Shown here: positions 38,740 to 48,913 of the stretch, one piece after another
How the letters are laid out: each line of letters opens with the position of its first letter
Position numbering within the stretch: the stretch's first letter is position 1
Origin: an uncultured Verrucomicrobiae bacterium
GTDB lineage: Bacteria; Verrucomicrobiota; Verrucomicrobiia; Chthoniobacterales; JAFAMB01
Direction of reading: 5' to 3'
NCBI GenBank assembly: GCA_963762565.1
Contig: CAVXLD010000001.1
Span: forward strand, 128,001-192,000
DNA length: 64,000 bases
Program-made: the position numbers and the translations under genes
Notes under the pieces: generated by a model
Database searches by the model: none
The model's input: only the letters and a program-made list of their open reading frames with translations
What the model was told of the DNA's origin: nothing

Positions 38740-39410
38740 TCACTGGCGGTTATCGATCCAGAGCACTCGATAGACTAGATTCGGTTCGCGGAAATGCGGG
38801 CGCTCGGAACGACCCGCAATGGTGAATCCCCAGGATGTAATCAGCTGCTCTGTCGATGGTTCTCGGGACGGATCCTCGCCGCGGGTTTTTGCTTCATTGA
38901 ATGTCCCGATGATAAGGCGGCCGCCCGAGATCACGACGTGTTGCTGCGACTTTCGGTTTCTCGTTGAGATTTGAGTAGCCGCCCGATTAGGTCCGATTGC
39001 CTTTTTGGTGGAACGTATTCCAAACCAGTCCTGACAAAATCATAACGGCGGGGCGGATTCCAATCGATCGCGTTACCTAGAAACAGACGCTCCCTCCATT
39101 GCGGTAACCGCTGCCGCGCTAGCTCAATCAATTCCGGTGAAAAATCCAGGCCGTACGGTTCGATGCGATAACCCTTCGCCGAAACCCAGTCGAAAAGGCA
39201 CTCAAGTAAAAAGCCATTGGCGCATCCGATATCCAAGAACGCTCCATCACGATCAACACTGTCGGCGATTAGGCCACGAGCTTGTGTCCAATGGTCCTGG
39301 TCTCCACTATGGCCGGATTGGGCTCTCGGATTACCACCTGAGAGATACGCTACGGTCAGCCTCGCACGGTTTTCCCGGTACCAAGCGGCATCATCCATTC
39401 CGTCTGCCAT
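38740..39410 (-). pseudogene. Class I SAM methyltransferase split by a short insertion
   Basis: FLDIGCANG..GLD; frame breaks after GRLLK and resumes as HVVISGGRLIIG if ~29 nt (38941-38969) are removed. Confidence 0.6.
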
Positions 39411-39460
39411 AGCATTATCGCTGGGAAAACTGTTTTAGTACTTGCTCGGGATTCAAGCTA

Positions 39461-39700
39461 ATGAAAATCACGATGAACAACGACGAACTTCGCGCGCTCA
39501 ATCAAAACGGAAAATCTATCAGATTGCCTGGGTCACCCGGGACCTAGAAAAGAGCATGAGAGCTTGGGTGGAAAACCTGAAAATCGGGCCTTGGACGGTG
39601 CTCACATTCACTGACCAATCGCTCAAGTACCTTGAGGTCGACGACAAACCGGTTACTGCGCCTTTCAAGTTCTTGATCGGGATTTCCTGGATCGGCGGCG
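39461..39700 (+). pseudogene. VOC/glyoxalase-family remnant
   Basis: MKITMNNDELRALNQ, frameshift, RKIYQIAWVTRDLEKSM..W...LKIGPW, then truncation into repeats. Confidence 0.55.
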
Positions 39701-39732
39701 AGAGAACACTTAGCCGCTACAAAAAGAAACCT

Positions 39733-39939
39733 AACCGCAGATTAACGCAGATTTACGCTTAAAGACAATAAGACCACGAACGGACTCGAATGTTAACAAC
39801 CGGTTCACGGAGCGCGGAGAGGCCATTATTATCTCTCTAGCTTACCCTTTTCTCAATCGGCTTGCCGAAAACTCGTGTCAATTCGTGTGCATTCGCGGTT
39901 TATTCCAAATCTGCGTCAATCTGCGTTCATCTGCGGTTC
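39733..39939. repeat. Nested inverted nonamer/decamer STR element
   Basis: aaccgcagattaacgcagatttacgc ... aatctgcgtcaatctgcgttcatctgcggtt; same type at 46188-46492. Confidence 0.8.
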
Positions 39940-39961
39940 GTCTCTTTTGGCCCGCAGCAGT

Positions 39962-40738
39962 CTAGCGCGGCGTCCAGACAGCGGGCCACGTCGATCCCAC
40001 TTGAGTGAACCCATATTTCGCCAGAATTGGCCGGCTGGTTGGAAGGGCGTCAACCCGCAGGTAGTGTGTTGATTTGAATTCCTTAGCCCGCGCGATCCGA
40101 GCCGACAAAAGAGCCCGATAAACTCCGCGGCCACGAAATTCATCGAGCACGCTACCGCCCCATAGCCCGGCAAACTGGGTTTGGGAGGAAGCAGTCACTC
40201 GCCCCATACCAGCCGGCTTTTCATTCACATAGGCGATGAAGGCAAGATCCCGCCGGAGCGGGTCATTTTGATTGAACCGAAGTAACTCACCTGTGGTAAA
40301 AGATGCTCCCCAAATCTCCGTTTCAAGCTGAAGGAAACACTCGATCGCGCGCTCGTCATTGACCGGTCTAACGGTGATGCCTGCCGGGAACGGCGCCACT
40401 AGACTTGGCGGCAGGGCCTCTAAATCCAGAATCATGAGCGCTTCTTCTGTTCCTATCGCGAACCCCCGTTGACGCAACCGTTCAAGCAAATCAGCCGGTT
40501 CATCGTGACGGTAAACCTTCCATTCAAAAGTTCGCGCCAACTTGTTGAAATAGTCGATCTCGGAGTCGATGATTTTTACCGATTCTTCAGCGGAGAAGTT
40601 CGAATAGACGATAGCGTTACGGTTCCCGAGTTTGGCGATCCCGCGGACCACACCCTGCGTCCTTTCCAATGTGGTGTCTGGGTCAGGTATCGTCTGCCGC
40701 TCGGTGTCAAGACACGACAATATTTCTAGGTAGTTCAT
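39962..40738 (-). CDS. GNAT-family N-acetyltransferase
   Basis: LWGGSVLDEFRGRGVYRAL, DALPTSRPIL..YGF. Confidence 0.88.
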   Translation of the reverse strand: MNYLEILSCLDTERQTIPDPDTTLERTQGVVRGIAKLGNRNAIVYSNFSAEESVKIIDSEIDYFNKLARTFEWKVYRHDEPADLLERLRQRGFAIGTEEALMILDLEALPPSLVAPFPAGITVRPVNDERAIECFLQLETEIWGASFTTGELLRFNQNDPLRRDLAFIAYVNEKPAGMGRVTASSQTQFAGLWGGSVLDEFRGRGVYRALLSARIARAKEFKSTHYLRVDALPTSRPILAKYGFTQVGSTWPAVWTPR

Positions 40739-40929
40739 CGGTGGTTGTACGGCTCGTCTAGGGTATCATGAGTCGCAACTTCGTTGGTGCAACCGTTCGA
40801 CCAAATCGGCTTGACAGGATTGCGTGTATTTGCCAGAAGCGCTTTGTGTCTCGCTCTGTTTGGTCGAGCTCGCGGGATTGCTCTGAGTCCGGTGCGAGCG
40901 CAGGTAGGTTTTTGGCCATTCGGCTGGTC

Positions 40930-42311
40930 GTGAGTAGTTTTTCACGCGTTATAGTTGGGTCGTTAGCATTGTTTTCAGCTAGTTCGCCATCGGGCCTCCA
41001 GGCACAGTACAGTGATACCAAGATCGGCGAATACCTAAACTATGCATTGGGGGCTACTAACGGCAGTGTTTATGTTGGCTATAACTCGATCGGTTATGCA
41101 TCACCGGTCATTTACACGACCGCTGCCGGTTGGACCGGTCTACCGTATTCGGCCGGATTTGACCCATCATACCCCTATTATGGATATGCGAACGGGGTCA
41201 GCCGCGATGGCACGGTGGTATCAGGTTATACCTGGGGAGAAGTTTCCAACGGAGTGTATGTGCAGTACGCGGTCTATTGGGTAAACGGTACAGAACAAAT
41301 AGTCCCTGCGCCGCCGGATGATGCCCAACCTAGCCTAATGGCTGCGACCGCCGTTTCGGGTGATTGGAGTACACTATTGGTCGAGGATACAACCGGCTCT
41401 AATCCATCGAAGGTCGAGACGTATGTGTACCAGATCGCAACCCAAACTTTCACTTCGGTTGGTTATTTAGGCACGGCGACTCAGCAGGCGTACGGCGCTG
41501 CGCTCAACTATGACGGTTCACAGCCGCCACGGGGTACAGCAACTTAGACAACGGTGACAACGATGGTTTCCTGTGGACCCAGAAATCGGGCCTGCAAGAT
41601 CTTGGTGTCCCCCAACCGGGAACTTACTATGTTGAGCCCACATGCATGAGCGATGACGGAACGGTCATTTTCGGCCGGTACACCGTGGGCGGCGGATGGG
41701 TTGGGTTCCGGTACACTACGTCCGGTGGATTTCAAGATACTGGAGGTATCAGTATCAGCGGATGCACGGCCGACGGAACCGAAGCCTTCGGGATTGAGAA
41801 CCTCTATTTTCCTGCTATTTGGACCACAACCGTGGGTGGTGGCTATCTTGATTTTTGGCTGAAAGCGCATGGAATCAAGGCCAAACTAGGCGATCTTATG
41901 GCACCGGTAACCATCTCGCCGGACGGTTCTCTATTAACCTCAATCGGACCGTTTGTGTATCTGAACGACCAAATCTGGTACGGAACTTATCAGATCGGGT
42001 TACCTTCTCCGCTTAACATTGCACCGCTCATCACAACTAAAGTTGTTAACTTATCGACGGCTTATGAGACGACTTTAACTGTTCCTGCGCCCGGTGTGAT
42101 TCAATACGCGGAATTTACCACCGGGGCGACCGCTGGGGTTGTCGCTAAACCCAAGAACGCCGCGAGCTTTCATCTCAAAGCCAACGGTTCATTCTCCTAT
42201 ACGCCGAAAAATGGGTATAGAGGTAAGACCGATGATTTTACCTATCACTTAGTGGGTCCAGGCGGAACGAGTACCGCTGCGCAGGTGAAAATCTACGTCG
42301 CAGCGCCTTGA
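40930..42311 (+). pseudogene. Secreted beta-repeat (HAF-like) protein with C-terminal Ig-like domain, frameshifted
   Basis: Repeats ANGVSRDGTVVSG, ATAVSGD, MSDDGTVIFG; C-terminal NGSFSYTP..G..D.FTY. The two ORFs join with a 1-nt correction near 41519. Confidence 0.65.
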
Positions 42312-42321
42312 GCGCCGGCTG

Positions 42322-42432
42322 CGGAAGCTCGCCTTAGGCTCGCTTCCGAATAGCAAATAGCAGATAGCAAATAGCAAATTCACGCTACCCAACGCTGGGT
42401 TCGCTGACCCTTTGCTATTTGCTATCCGACGA
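42322..42432. repeat. REP hairpin plus AATAGCA heptamer inverted pair
   Basis: cggaagctcgccttaggctcgcttccg + aatagcaaatagc.. / tttgctatttgctat; related to 47308-47456. Confidence 0.75.
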
Positions 42433-42472
42433 GTCGGGCGGCTGCCCATGCGCGTCAAGATAAGGAGTCGAC

Positions 42473-43732
42473 TCATAAAGCTGCGAGTCTTTGAAAGAGG
42501 TTGGTTCGATCGGAACGGGAGTCATAACGGCAAAAGTAAAAGAAATGTTGAAGCCAGTCTTGGTGAGGGGAAGCGGCGATTAAGGGAAGCAAACGACTCA
42601 AATAGGCAGCGATTTTGAGTGGACTGAGAGCGTTTAGTTCAACGCCCCAAGGCTGAAGGGCAAAAGCGGTCTGCAGCAAGGCAATGGCTAGTAGTTTTGC
42701 TAAGAGTTGAATCTGGACCCAGAGTGGATTGCGAGCGGGAAGCTGACCGAGCTGAAAATGAGATTTCCAACTTTTGAAAAGCACTTCGATTTGCCACCGA
42801 GTGCTATAGACTTCCCAGAGTTGCTGGGCACTGAGTTGTTCAGCGGTGACGTTGGTCAATAGGATGGTCCAACCTAAAAGTTTGCGATAGCGTTTGGTGA
42901 GCTTTAGCGAGCGATCTTTTTTGGCGTTGGCCCGAGCGTGCCGCCGACGCTGAGCGGCTAAGGCTGGGGGCAAGCGCAAAGCCACTAAACGCACCGGGAG
43001 TCGCTCTTCGGCGCCTAACAGCAGCTCGACACTGAGTTGACAATGGTTTTGGACTAAAGCCAAAAGCTCGACCGGCTTTTGAGTTTTGGGATCAAAGAAA
43101 ACAAAATCGCTGCGGCAGCGACTCAAGAAATAGGCTCCGGCCTGGATGATCTGGCGCCAAACTTTAAAGACGGCGTAGCCCAAGTCGCGAATGACCAAGT
43201 CTCCGGGTTGGAGCAAACTTAAAATCAAGCTCGAGGCCTTCTGATCGTTGTCGGTCAGGGCACCGAGTTGGAAATGAAGCCAGCTTTGAGAACGCAGTTC
43301 AAAGACGGCTTGGATTTTGACGCTGGCAAGCTTGGCTTGGTGTTGATTACCACAAGCCGGAAAACAACTTGCCAGTCTGGGATGGAGGGCTAAAGCGGTG
43401 CTGTCCTGGAGCAAAACTCGGCCGAAAGGTTCCAACAGCCGACTGGGGCAAGAGCGGTGCATAAAATTGGCTAACAAGCTGGCCAAACAAAGTTGTAGAA
43501 AACCTAGCAGCCTTCTGTCGCAGCGCTGATGCAGAGCTTGTTTAGAGAACAGTCCGGCTTGCAAGGCACTTAATTGGGCCGCCCAGCTTTGGAAAGAATA
43601 GGCTGGGTAGCACAGACTCAAGAGGATGGATTGAAGGAATGCTTCCAGAGAGAGTTTTTTAGGGCGACGTAAGACAAAACCAGAGCTTCTAGCCAAGGTT
43701 TGCAGAGGCAAATAGGAAAAGCGTTGCAGCAT
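42473..43732 (-). CDS. IS4-family DDE transposase
   Basis: LLQDST, IRDLGY and the Y-2-R-3-E-6-K signature YSTRWQIEVLFKSWK. Confidence 0.92.
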   Translation of the reverse strand: MLQRFSYLPLQTLARSSGFVLRRPKKLSLEAFLQSILLSLCYPAYSFQSWAAQLSALQAGLFSKQALHQRCDRRLLGFLQLCLASLLANFMHRSCPSRLLEPFGRVLLQDSTALALHPRLASCFPACGNQHQAKLASVKIQAVFELRSQSWLHFQLGALTDNDQKASSLILSLLQPGDLVIRDLGYAVFKVWRQIIQAGAYFLSRCRSDFVFFDPKTQKPVELLALVQNHCQLSVELLLGAEERLPVRLVALRLPPALAAQRRRHARANAKKDRSLKLTKRYRKLLGWTILLTNVTAEQLSAQQLWEVYSTRWQIEVLFKSWKSHFQLGQLPARNPLWVQIQLLAKLLAIALLQTAFALQPWGVELNALSPLKIAAYLSRLLPLIAASPHQDWLQHFFYFCRYDSRSDRTNLFQRLAAL

Positions 43733-43820
43733 ATGATATATAGTATAAAAACTATATATTTGCACCGCTTTTTTTCGCTCTCTTTCTTGCTCTTTAGAGC
43801 GTTAGACTTCTTTCCTAACC

Positions 43821-44012
43821 ATGGGCTATCCGGTCAAACTCCAAAAAGTCGATCGTCCCACCAATCGCAGCTTCTATGTCAATTTGCCTGCCGCTCTGGC
43901 CGACGCTATTGAACTGGACAAAGGAGAAGAATTAGAGTGGTTCGTCGAAGACAAAAACACCCTCATCCTGCGTCGAAAGAAACCGACTAAGCCCCTCAAA
44001 CTCAAGCACTAA
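43821..44012 (+). CDS. AbrB/MazE/SpoVT-like small DNA-binding protein
   Basis: VKLQKV...SFYVNLPAALADAIELDKGEELEW..ED..TLILR swapped-hairpin pattern. Confidence 0.75.
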   Translation: MGYPVKLQKVDRPTNRSFYVNLPAALADAIELDKGEELEWFVEDKNTLILRRKKPTKPLKLKH

Positions 44013-44081
44013 CTCCTTATCTTGACGCCTATGGGCAGCCGCCAGGCGGCTGCCTGGCGGCTGCCGGACGAGCTCGGGTGT

Positions 44082-45755
44082 CTAATACGAGATCTGTTTA
44101 TCGGCGGGCCACTCCACCGTGTACTCAAATTCGATGATTTGTTTCGCTTGGGGGTCGACGCCAAAATTCCATGTCACCTTTCCGCTGTCTTTATCTAGCG
44201 TGGCCGGCTTAGGGGAAATCTGTCCGGGCGCGACGCTGATCTGACTGTCCTGAGAAACCGGTAGTTGGTCGTAAACCGTGATCTGAACTGGCGTTTTCCG
44301 ATGATTCTGAACCGTTATTTGGTACTTCTGCTGTCTCTGCCTGCGATGGTTGAACAGCCCGGTCTCGGCTTGGCGGTTGACTAGCTCCTTGCGATCAATC
44401 TTAATGGCGTCGTCGCGTCCGCAAAAGAGATCAAACTCCGCACCCGCCACGATCTCCCGCATCGCCACTTTGCCAATCAAGTCGCCGTCCCGAAAGACAT
44501 GAACGTCGCCCGCCAACAAAGTGTCCGGCGAAGAATTGGTTAAATGCACCTTCACAAAGGCGCCGAGCTCGAGCTTCGGTGTCGCGACGTAGGCCAGCTG
44601 CCCGTTCAGTTTCAACTGGTTCAGGTTTGTCTGGTGAGGTTGGCCGTCACCGGGAATATCGACCGGATTAGCCGCCAGGTAAGTAACTGCCAGACCGGCG
44701 GTCTGGAGACTTGCATTCTGTATGTTCACTTCTGCTGCTTGCTGGCCCGGCGCACGCGCCATCGGAACCGGAATCGACTCCGCTTTAGTAGCGGATCTGG
44801 GTGCGCCTTCCGGATTCTCTGTCGTCACCTGCGGCGCCACCAGCGTTAAATAGTCCGGACTAAGCTCTGGTAGCTCACCATTCTCTCCGGGGCGCGCCGT
44901 GGAGACGCTTAGTCTGACGCCGGTCCAGTCTTCTCCGGTCTTTTGGCGAACGAGGGCGCTGTATCCCAACTGTACCGAACCATCGCTGGTATTGACACGA
45001 GCATCGTAGACCGGCTCCCAAGCTGCATTGGATACGGTGTATCGGACAAACAAAGTCAGTTCAGTGGCAGCCGATGCGTCCACATTCACTAACACTTTGC
45101 GAACGGCCTTTTGTTGACTCAAACCGTTCAACTCCAGTTTGGTCCGGTCGATCTCGAGTTGCAGGGACCGTTCCTTCGTTTGGAGTTCGAGTAGTGTACT
45201 GGCAGCGTCGGTCAAACCATTGACATAAAAGTCGTAGACCTTTTTAAGATCATCGACATCTTGAGCTCCTTTTTCCGAATGCCCGACACCGGAGCCAATG
45301 CTTTTGAAAAAAGATTCCCGGTCTGCTGCCAAGGCGATCTGTGCATCCAGCGAGGCCTTCTGTGCCAAGAGGTTGTCCAGTTGGCCTTGTACTTCGGCGG
45401 TTCGGGGATTGGCGTTGGTTGCCCAGAATTGTTGCCCGACGTCGACACTGCGGATAGTGACCGGACTACCGGATTTGCCGGTAACCTCGATCGTTTTTTC
45501 ATCCAAGCCGGTGGTTAGCCCGCCAATTTCTACCACTGACGGTCCCGCCGGTATCTGAGTAACCGCCGAGCGGGTGACGCGGGCCCGATCACCGTAAACG
45601 GTGACCTCAACGATTCTGGCGTCCAATTGGGCGCGGCCGGGAACGGGTTCAGTATTTCCTGACGTCTGAGCGCCCGCCGGTGCTGCGCCGTATGCTAGGA
45701 CGACCAGCAACGCGATCGCCATAACCGACCCGCCACGGAAAAAGTTTTGTCTCAT
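44082..45755 (-). CDS. DUF4140/DUF4139 (MuiA-like) secreted protein
   Basis: VTVYGDRARVTR, coiled coil, WEPVYD, QKTGEDW.GV.L.VST..P. Confidence 0.85.
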   Translation of the reverse strand: MRQNFFRGGSVMAIALLVVLAYGAAPAGAQTSGNTEPVPGRAQLDARIVEVTVYGDRARVTRSAVTQIPAGPSVVEIGGLTTGLDEKTIEVTGKSGSPVTIRSVDVGQQFWATNANPRTAEVQGQLDNLLAQKASLDAQIALAADRESFFKSIGSGVGHSEKGAQDVDDLKKVYDFYVNGLTDAASTLLELQTKERSLQLEIDRTKLELNGLSQQKAVRKVLVNVDASAATELTLFVRYTVSNAAWEPVYDARVNTSDGSVQLGYSALVRQKTGEDWTGVRLSVSTARPGENGELPELSPDYLTLVAPQVTTENPEGAPRSATKAESIPVPMARAPGQQAAEVNIQNASLQTAGLAVTYLAANPVDIPGDGQPHQTNLNQLKLNGQLAYVATPKLELGAFVKVHLTNSSPDTLLAGDVHVFRDGDLIGKVAMREIVAGAEFDLFCGRDDAIKIDRKELVNRQAETGLFNHRRQRQQKYQITVQNHRKTPVQITVYDQLPVSQDSQISVAPGQISPKPATLDKDSGKVTWNFGVDPQAKQIIEFEYTVEWPADKQISY

Positions 45756-46187
45756 AGTAGGGCTTACCCGGGTGTGTAATCGAAAGTTTCGTCGTCGCTC
45801 GTCGTCGCGAACGCGAACAGCTCTATAATCCTGGATGTAGTCTCACGCTGGATCGAGTTTGTCATGGGCTCGATAACGGCGGATCGCGAGGACGCGATCC
45901 CTCCCCAGGCAATGGCTATGTTCATTAGGAGGACCGGCATCAAGGCGCCTAATGACTAATTCCGTTCGGACTGGAAGCAAACCACCAAAAAAAGATAGTC
46001 TGAGGAAGTAATGCGGGCCCAGAGCTATTTGCGCGATTACTATGCTCAACGGGCTGCGCAGCGGGCAAACCACGCCCGGCGAATCTCCGGCCATAAAGAG
46101 ATAAAGTTCGCAGAAGCCTTTCAGCAAATTACGCCGGTTGTGCTAAAAAAGTTTCGATAACCCCGAACCCACACGCAGGAAACAAAC

Positions 46188-46492
46188 AACCGCGAATGGA
46201 CACGAATTGACACGAAGACAAAAGGAAAAGTCCAACCGCAGATGAACGCAGATTGACGCAGATAATATCGGCTCCGATTAGGTTATTTGAAGTTATTGGC
46301 CGTAGATTTCTGGTCGGTCGGCCTATTGCGGCAAGTAGCGAGGACAAATACATAAACGATTCGCCTATCGGAATAAAATGAGGCAAGGCTCCACGAGCCG
46401 AGCGAAGAAACCTCGTCCATCTGCTTAAATCTGCGTCCATCTGCGGTTAAATCTTTTCTTTTTTTCGTGTCAATTCGTGTCCGTTCGCGGTT
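46188..46492. repeat. Nested inverted decamer STR element
   Basis: aaccgcgaatggacacgaattgacacgaa / ttcgtgtcaattcgtgtccgttcgcggtt enclosing a cgcagat / atctgcg pair. Confidence 0.85.
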
Positions 46493-46513
46493 TAGAGATG
46501 TCCGTTCCCCCAA

Positions 46514-47308
46514 ATGAAAACAACCAATCTCGCATTCATTCTTGTTAGTGCTATCTGTCTCACTAACGCCGCGGCCAAGGCTGCGGATCGAACACTGACT
46601 TTCGGTGTCATTGCCAAAGCCAATAACAATCCGGTCTTCCATGTAGTCAGAGTAAGCTCGGAAGCAGAGGCCAAAAAACTAAGTGCAGAAAAAGGTGTGC
46701 AAGTTAAGATTGATTGGCGGACGCCAGACGAAGAAGATCCCCAAAAACAGGCGGAGGCCATCGAACAGCTTGTAAATGCCGGCGCTTCCGGCATCGCGGT
46801 CAGCTGTTCAGATCCGAATAAGTTGACTTCGGCGATTGATGACGCAGTGGCACACGGGGTGCCAGTAGTTACTTTTGATTCCGATGCTCCGAAGAGCAAG
46901 CGATTTGCTTTTGTGGGGACGGACGACGTGGAGTGCGGCCGAGACCTTTGCCGCGCTATCGCTAAAGAGCAAGCGCACCCCGAGGTTAACGGCTGGGCTA
47001 TGCTCGCAGGTTGGGCTCTGTTCAGCGACCGCGCTCTAAAATGGTCCCCGGGCACAGTAAAGGTGGTTGCCATTGTTTCTCATCCAGCCACCTTTCAGTA
47101 TATCCGGGAGGGCTACACCGATCTGTTGCTTGCCCAGCAAGTTTACAACTGGGGAGCGCGCCCGGTGGATCTCCTTTTCGACGCGGTTCAGAACGGTAAA
47201 TACCCGGCAGACTGGTTTATCAAAATTTCCCTGTTGCCTGTTACTAAGGACAATATGGACGACCTGTACAAGCGCTGGACCGCCTGGCTTCAAGGCCAGA
47301 GCAGCTGA
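46514..47308 (+). CDS. Sugar ABC-transporter substrate-binding protein, apparently internally shortened
   Basis: Signal peptide, IAKANNNPVF, VVTFDSD, VGTDD; only 264 aa. Confidence 0.75.
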   Translation: MKTTNLAFILVSAICLTNAAAKAADRTLTFGVIAKANNNPVFHVVRVSSEAEAKKLSAEKGVQVKIDWRTPDEEDPQKQAEAIEQLVNAGASGIAVSCSDPNKLTSAIDDAVAHGVPVVTFDSDAPKSKRFAFVGTDDVECGRDLCRAIAKEQAHPEVNGWAMLAGWALFSDRALKWSPGTVKVVAIVSHPATFQYIREGYTDLLLAQQVYNWGARPVDLLFDAVQNGKYPADWFIKISLLPVTKDNMDDLYKRWTAWLQGQSS

Positions 47309-47456
47309 CGGTAGCTCGCCTGAGGCTCGCTACCGAATAGCCAATAGCCGATAGCCAATTGAAAATACTTCGTGGCGATCTGGTTTAACGGTCTTTTTTG
47401 GCTATTGGCTATCGGCTATTGGTAATGCCGAACGAGCCTCAGGCGAGTTCGGCAGG
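47308..47456. repeat. REP hairpin pair with AATAGCC heptamer arms
   Basis: cggtagctcgcctgaggctcgctaccg-aatagcc.. / ggctatt..-gccgaacgagcctcaggcgagttcggc. Confidence 0.8.
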
Positions 47457-47489
47457 CTTGGCCCGATTATTGTTGTAAGAATTCTTCCT

Positions 47490-48446
47490 ATGCCTCCCTT
47501 TCGCTCATCACTTGCGATCACCATTGGTCTGTCCCTTATGCTAAGCTCTGTTTCAGCCCTGAATGCGCAAACACGGACAAAGACTAAACCCCCTTATCCA
47601 ACCGTTGCTAAGAGTGTCTCCTGGATCGTGAACGTCCCTTATGTGACGGGAGGCGGCGCCGAACAGCAGCTAGATCTTTATATTCCCACTGATCGGCACG
47701 GCGAACCGCTCGTTGTCTTCATCCACGGCGGCGGTTTTGATCATGGCGATAAGGCAGGCGACAGTATTAACCCCAACAATCTTCAATGGCTCTGGCAAGG
47801 TTACGCCATGGCTTCGGTGAATTACCGCTTTTTGCAACATGCACTGTGGCCCGCGCAAATTGAGGATTGTAAAGCGGCTATCCGCTGGCTGAGGGCGCAC
47901 GCTAACGATTATGGCTATGCACCAAATAAAATAGCGGTCGTTGGCGAGTCGGCCGGAGGGCATCTCGTTGCAATGCTGGGAACGACTACCGGAAAGAAAG
48001 TGTTCGACGTCGGTGAGAACCTTGATCAGACCAGCGATGTGACTTGTGTAGTCGATTTGTTTGGACCGGTGGATGTGACGAGGCTTCCGGGGCTAGCCGC
48101 GAAATTGCTGGGAGCGGATAACAAAGACAATCCAGAGCTGCGACGGAATGCCAGTCCAATCACCTACGTGCACGAGGGACAGCCGCCCATCCTGGTAGTT
48201 CACGGTACGGACGATAAACTCGTGCCCTATGAACAGGCGGAACTATTCGCCGATGCGATGGACAAGGTCCACGCGCCCTACCATTTCCACACGGTCGCTG
48301 GCGGCGGTCACAATCCTTTTTTCGGACTTAATACGAATCCAAAAACAGGTTGGTTTGACGCGGGCGGCGGCGGGATCGGGCTCTTTGAGGACCCAGCGGT
48401 TGAACCAATGATTATCGAATTCCTGCATCAAAATCTTGGGAGCTGA
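47490..48446 (+). CDS. Secreted alpha/beta hydrolase (HSL-type esterase)
   Basis: IHGGGF, GESAGGHL, HGTDD..VP, GGH. Confidence 0.9.
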   Translation: MPPFRSSLAITIGLSLMLSSVSALNAQTRTKTKPPYPTVAKSVSWIVNVPYVTGGGAEQQLDLYIPTDRHGEPLVVFIHGGGFDHGDKAGDSINPNNLQWLWQGYAMASVNYRFLQHALWPAQIEDCKAAIRWLRAHANDYGYAPNKIAVVGESAGGHLVAMLGTTTGKKVFDVGENLDQTSDVTCVVDLFGPVDVTRLPGLAAKLLGADNKDNPELRRNASPITYVHEGQPPILVVHGTDDKLVPYEQAELFADAMDKVHAPYHFHTVAGGGHNPFFGLNTNPKTGWFDAGGGGIGLFEDPAVEPMIIEFLHQNLGS

Positions 48447-48575
48447 TGGAGCCAAGTGGAGTGGTGGAGTGATGGAGTGATGGAGTATTGGAGTATTGGA
48501 GTGTTGGTGTACTGCATTACTCCAGCACTCCATTACTCCGTTTGATTCCTCCCGCGTCGTCGCTTGTTTACCCAT

Positions 48576-48867
48576 ATGACTTCGCCGTTGCTGCTCAATC
48601 GCCGAACTGCATTAAAACTCGGACTCGGGACGGTATTGGTGGCCTGCTTGGGCTCCGTGCGGCGCGGGCAGTCTTGGCCAAGCTGAGATCGCGCGCTCAC
48701 TCCTTGTGTACTTCACAGACGTGCAAGCGCAGGTCAGGAAGCTGGCTGAAAACGGAAACGTCGACGCAATCGTCAGGGAACTGAAACCGCAAATAAGAGC
48801 CACCTACTCGACCTGGGAACACGACTGGTTTATCGAGGCGGCGATACGGTATTTTGCGCAGGCGTAG
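48576..48867 (+). pseudogene. Tat-signal protein remnant with central deletion
   Basis: MTSPLLLNRRTALKLGLG.. (twin-arginine motif), then out of frame LGQAEIARSLLVYFTDVQ...WEHDWFIEAAIRYFAQA*. Confidence 0.45.
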
Positions 48868-48913
48868 CGAGGAGCTTCGTTCTCGTTCTTAGAATGAAGA
48901 AGGGCCCATCGCC

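Larger units (their letters stand above)
42447..44033. mobile_element. IS4-family insertion sequence (1587 bp) with AbrB-like passenger gene
   Basis: 22-bp terminal inverted repeats CATGCGCGTCAAGATAAGGAGT / ACTCCTTATCTTGACGCCTATG (20/22 match) enclose both ORFs; visibly more AT-rich than the flanks. Confidence 0.88.
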
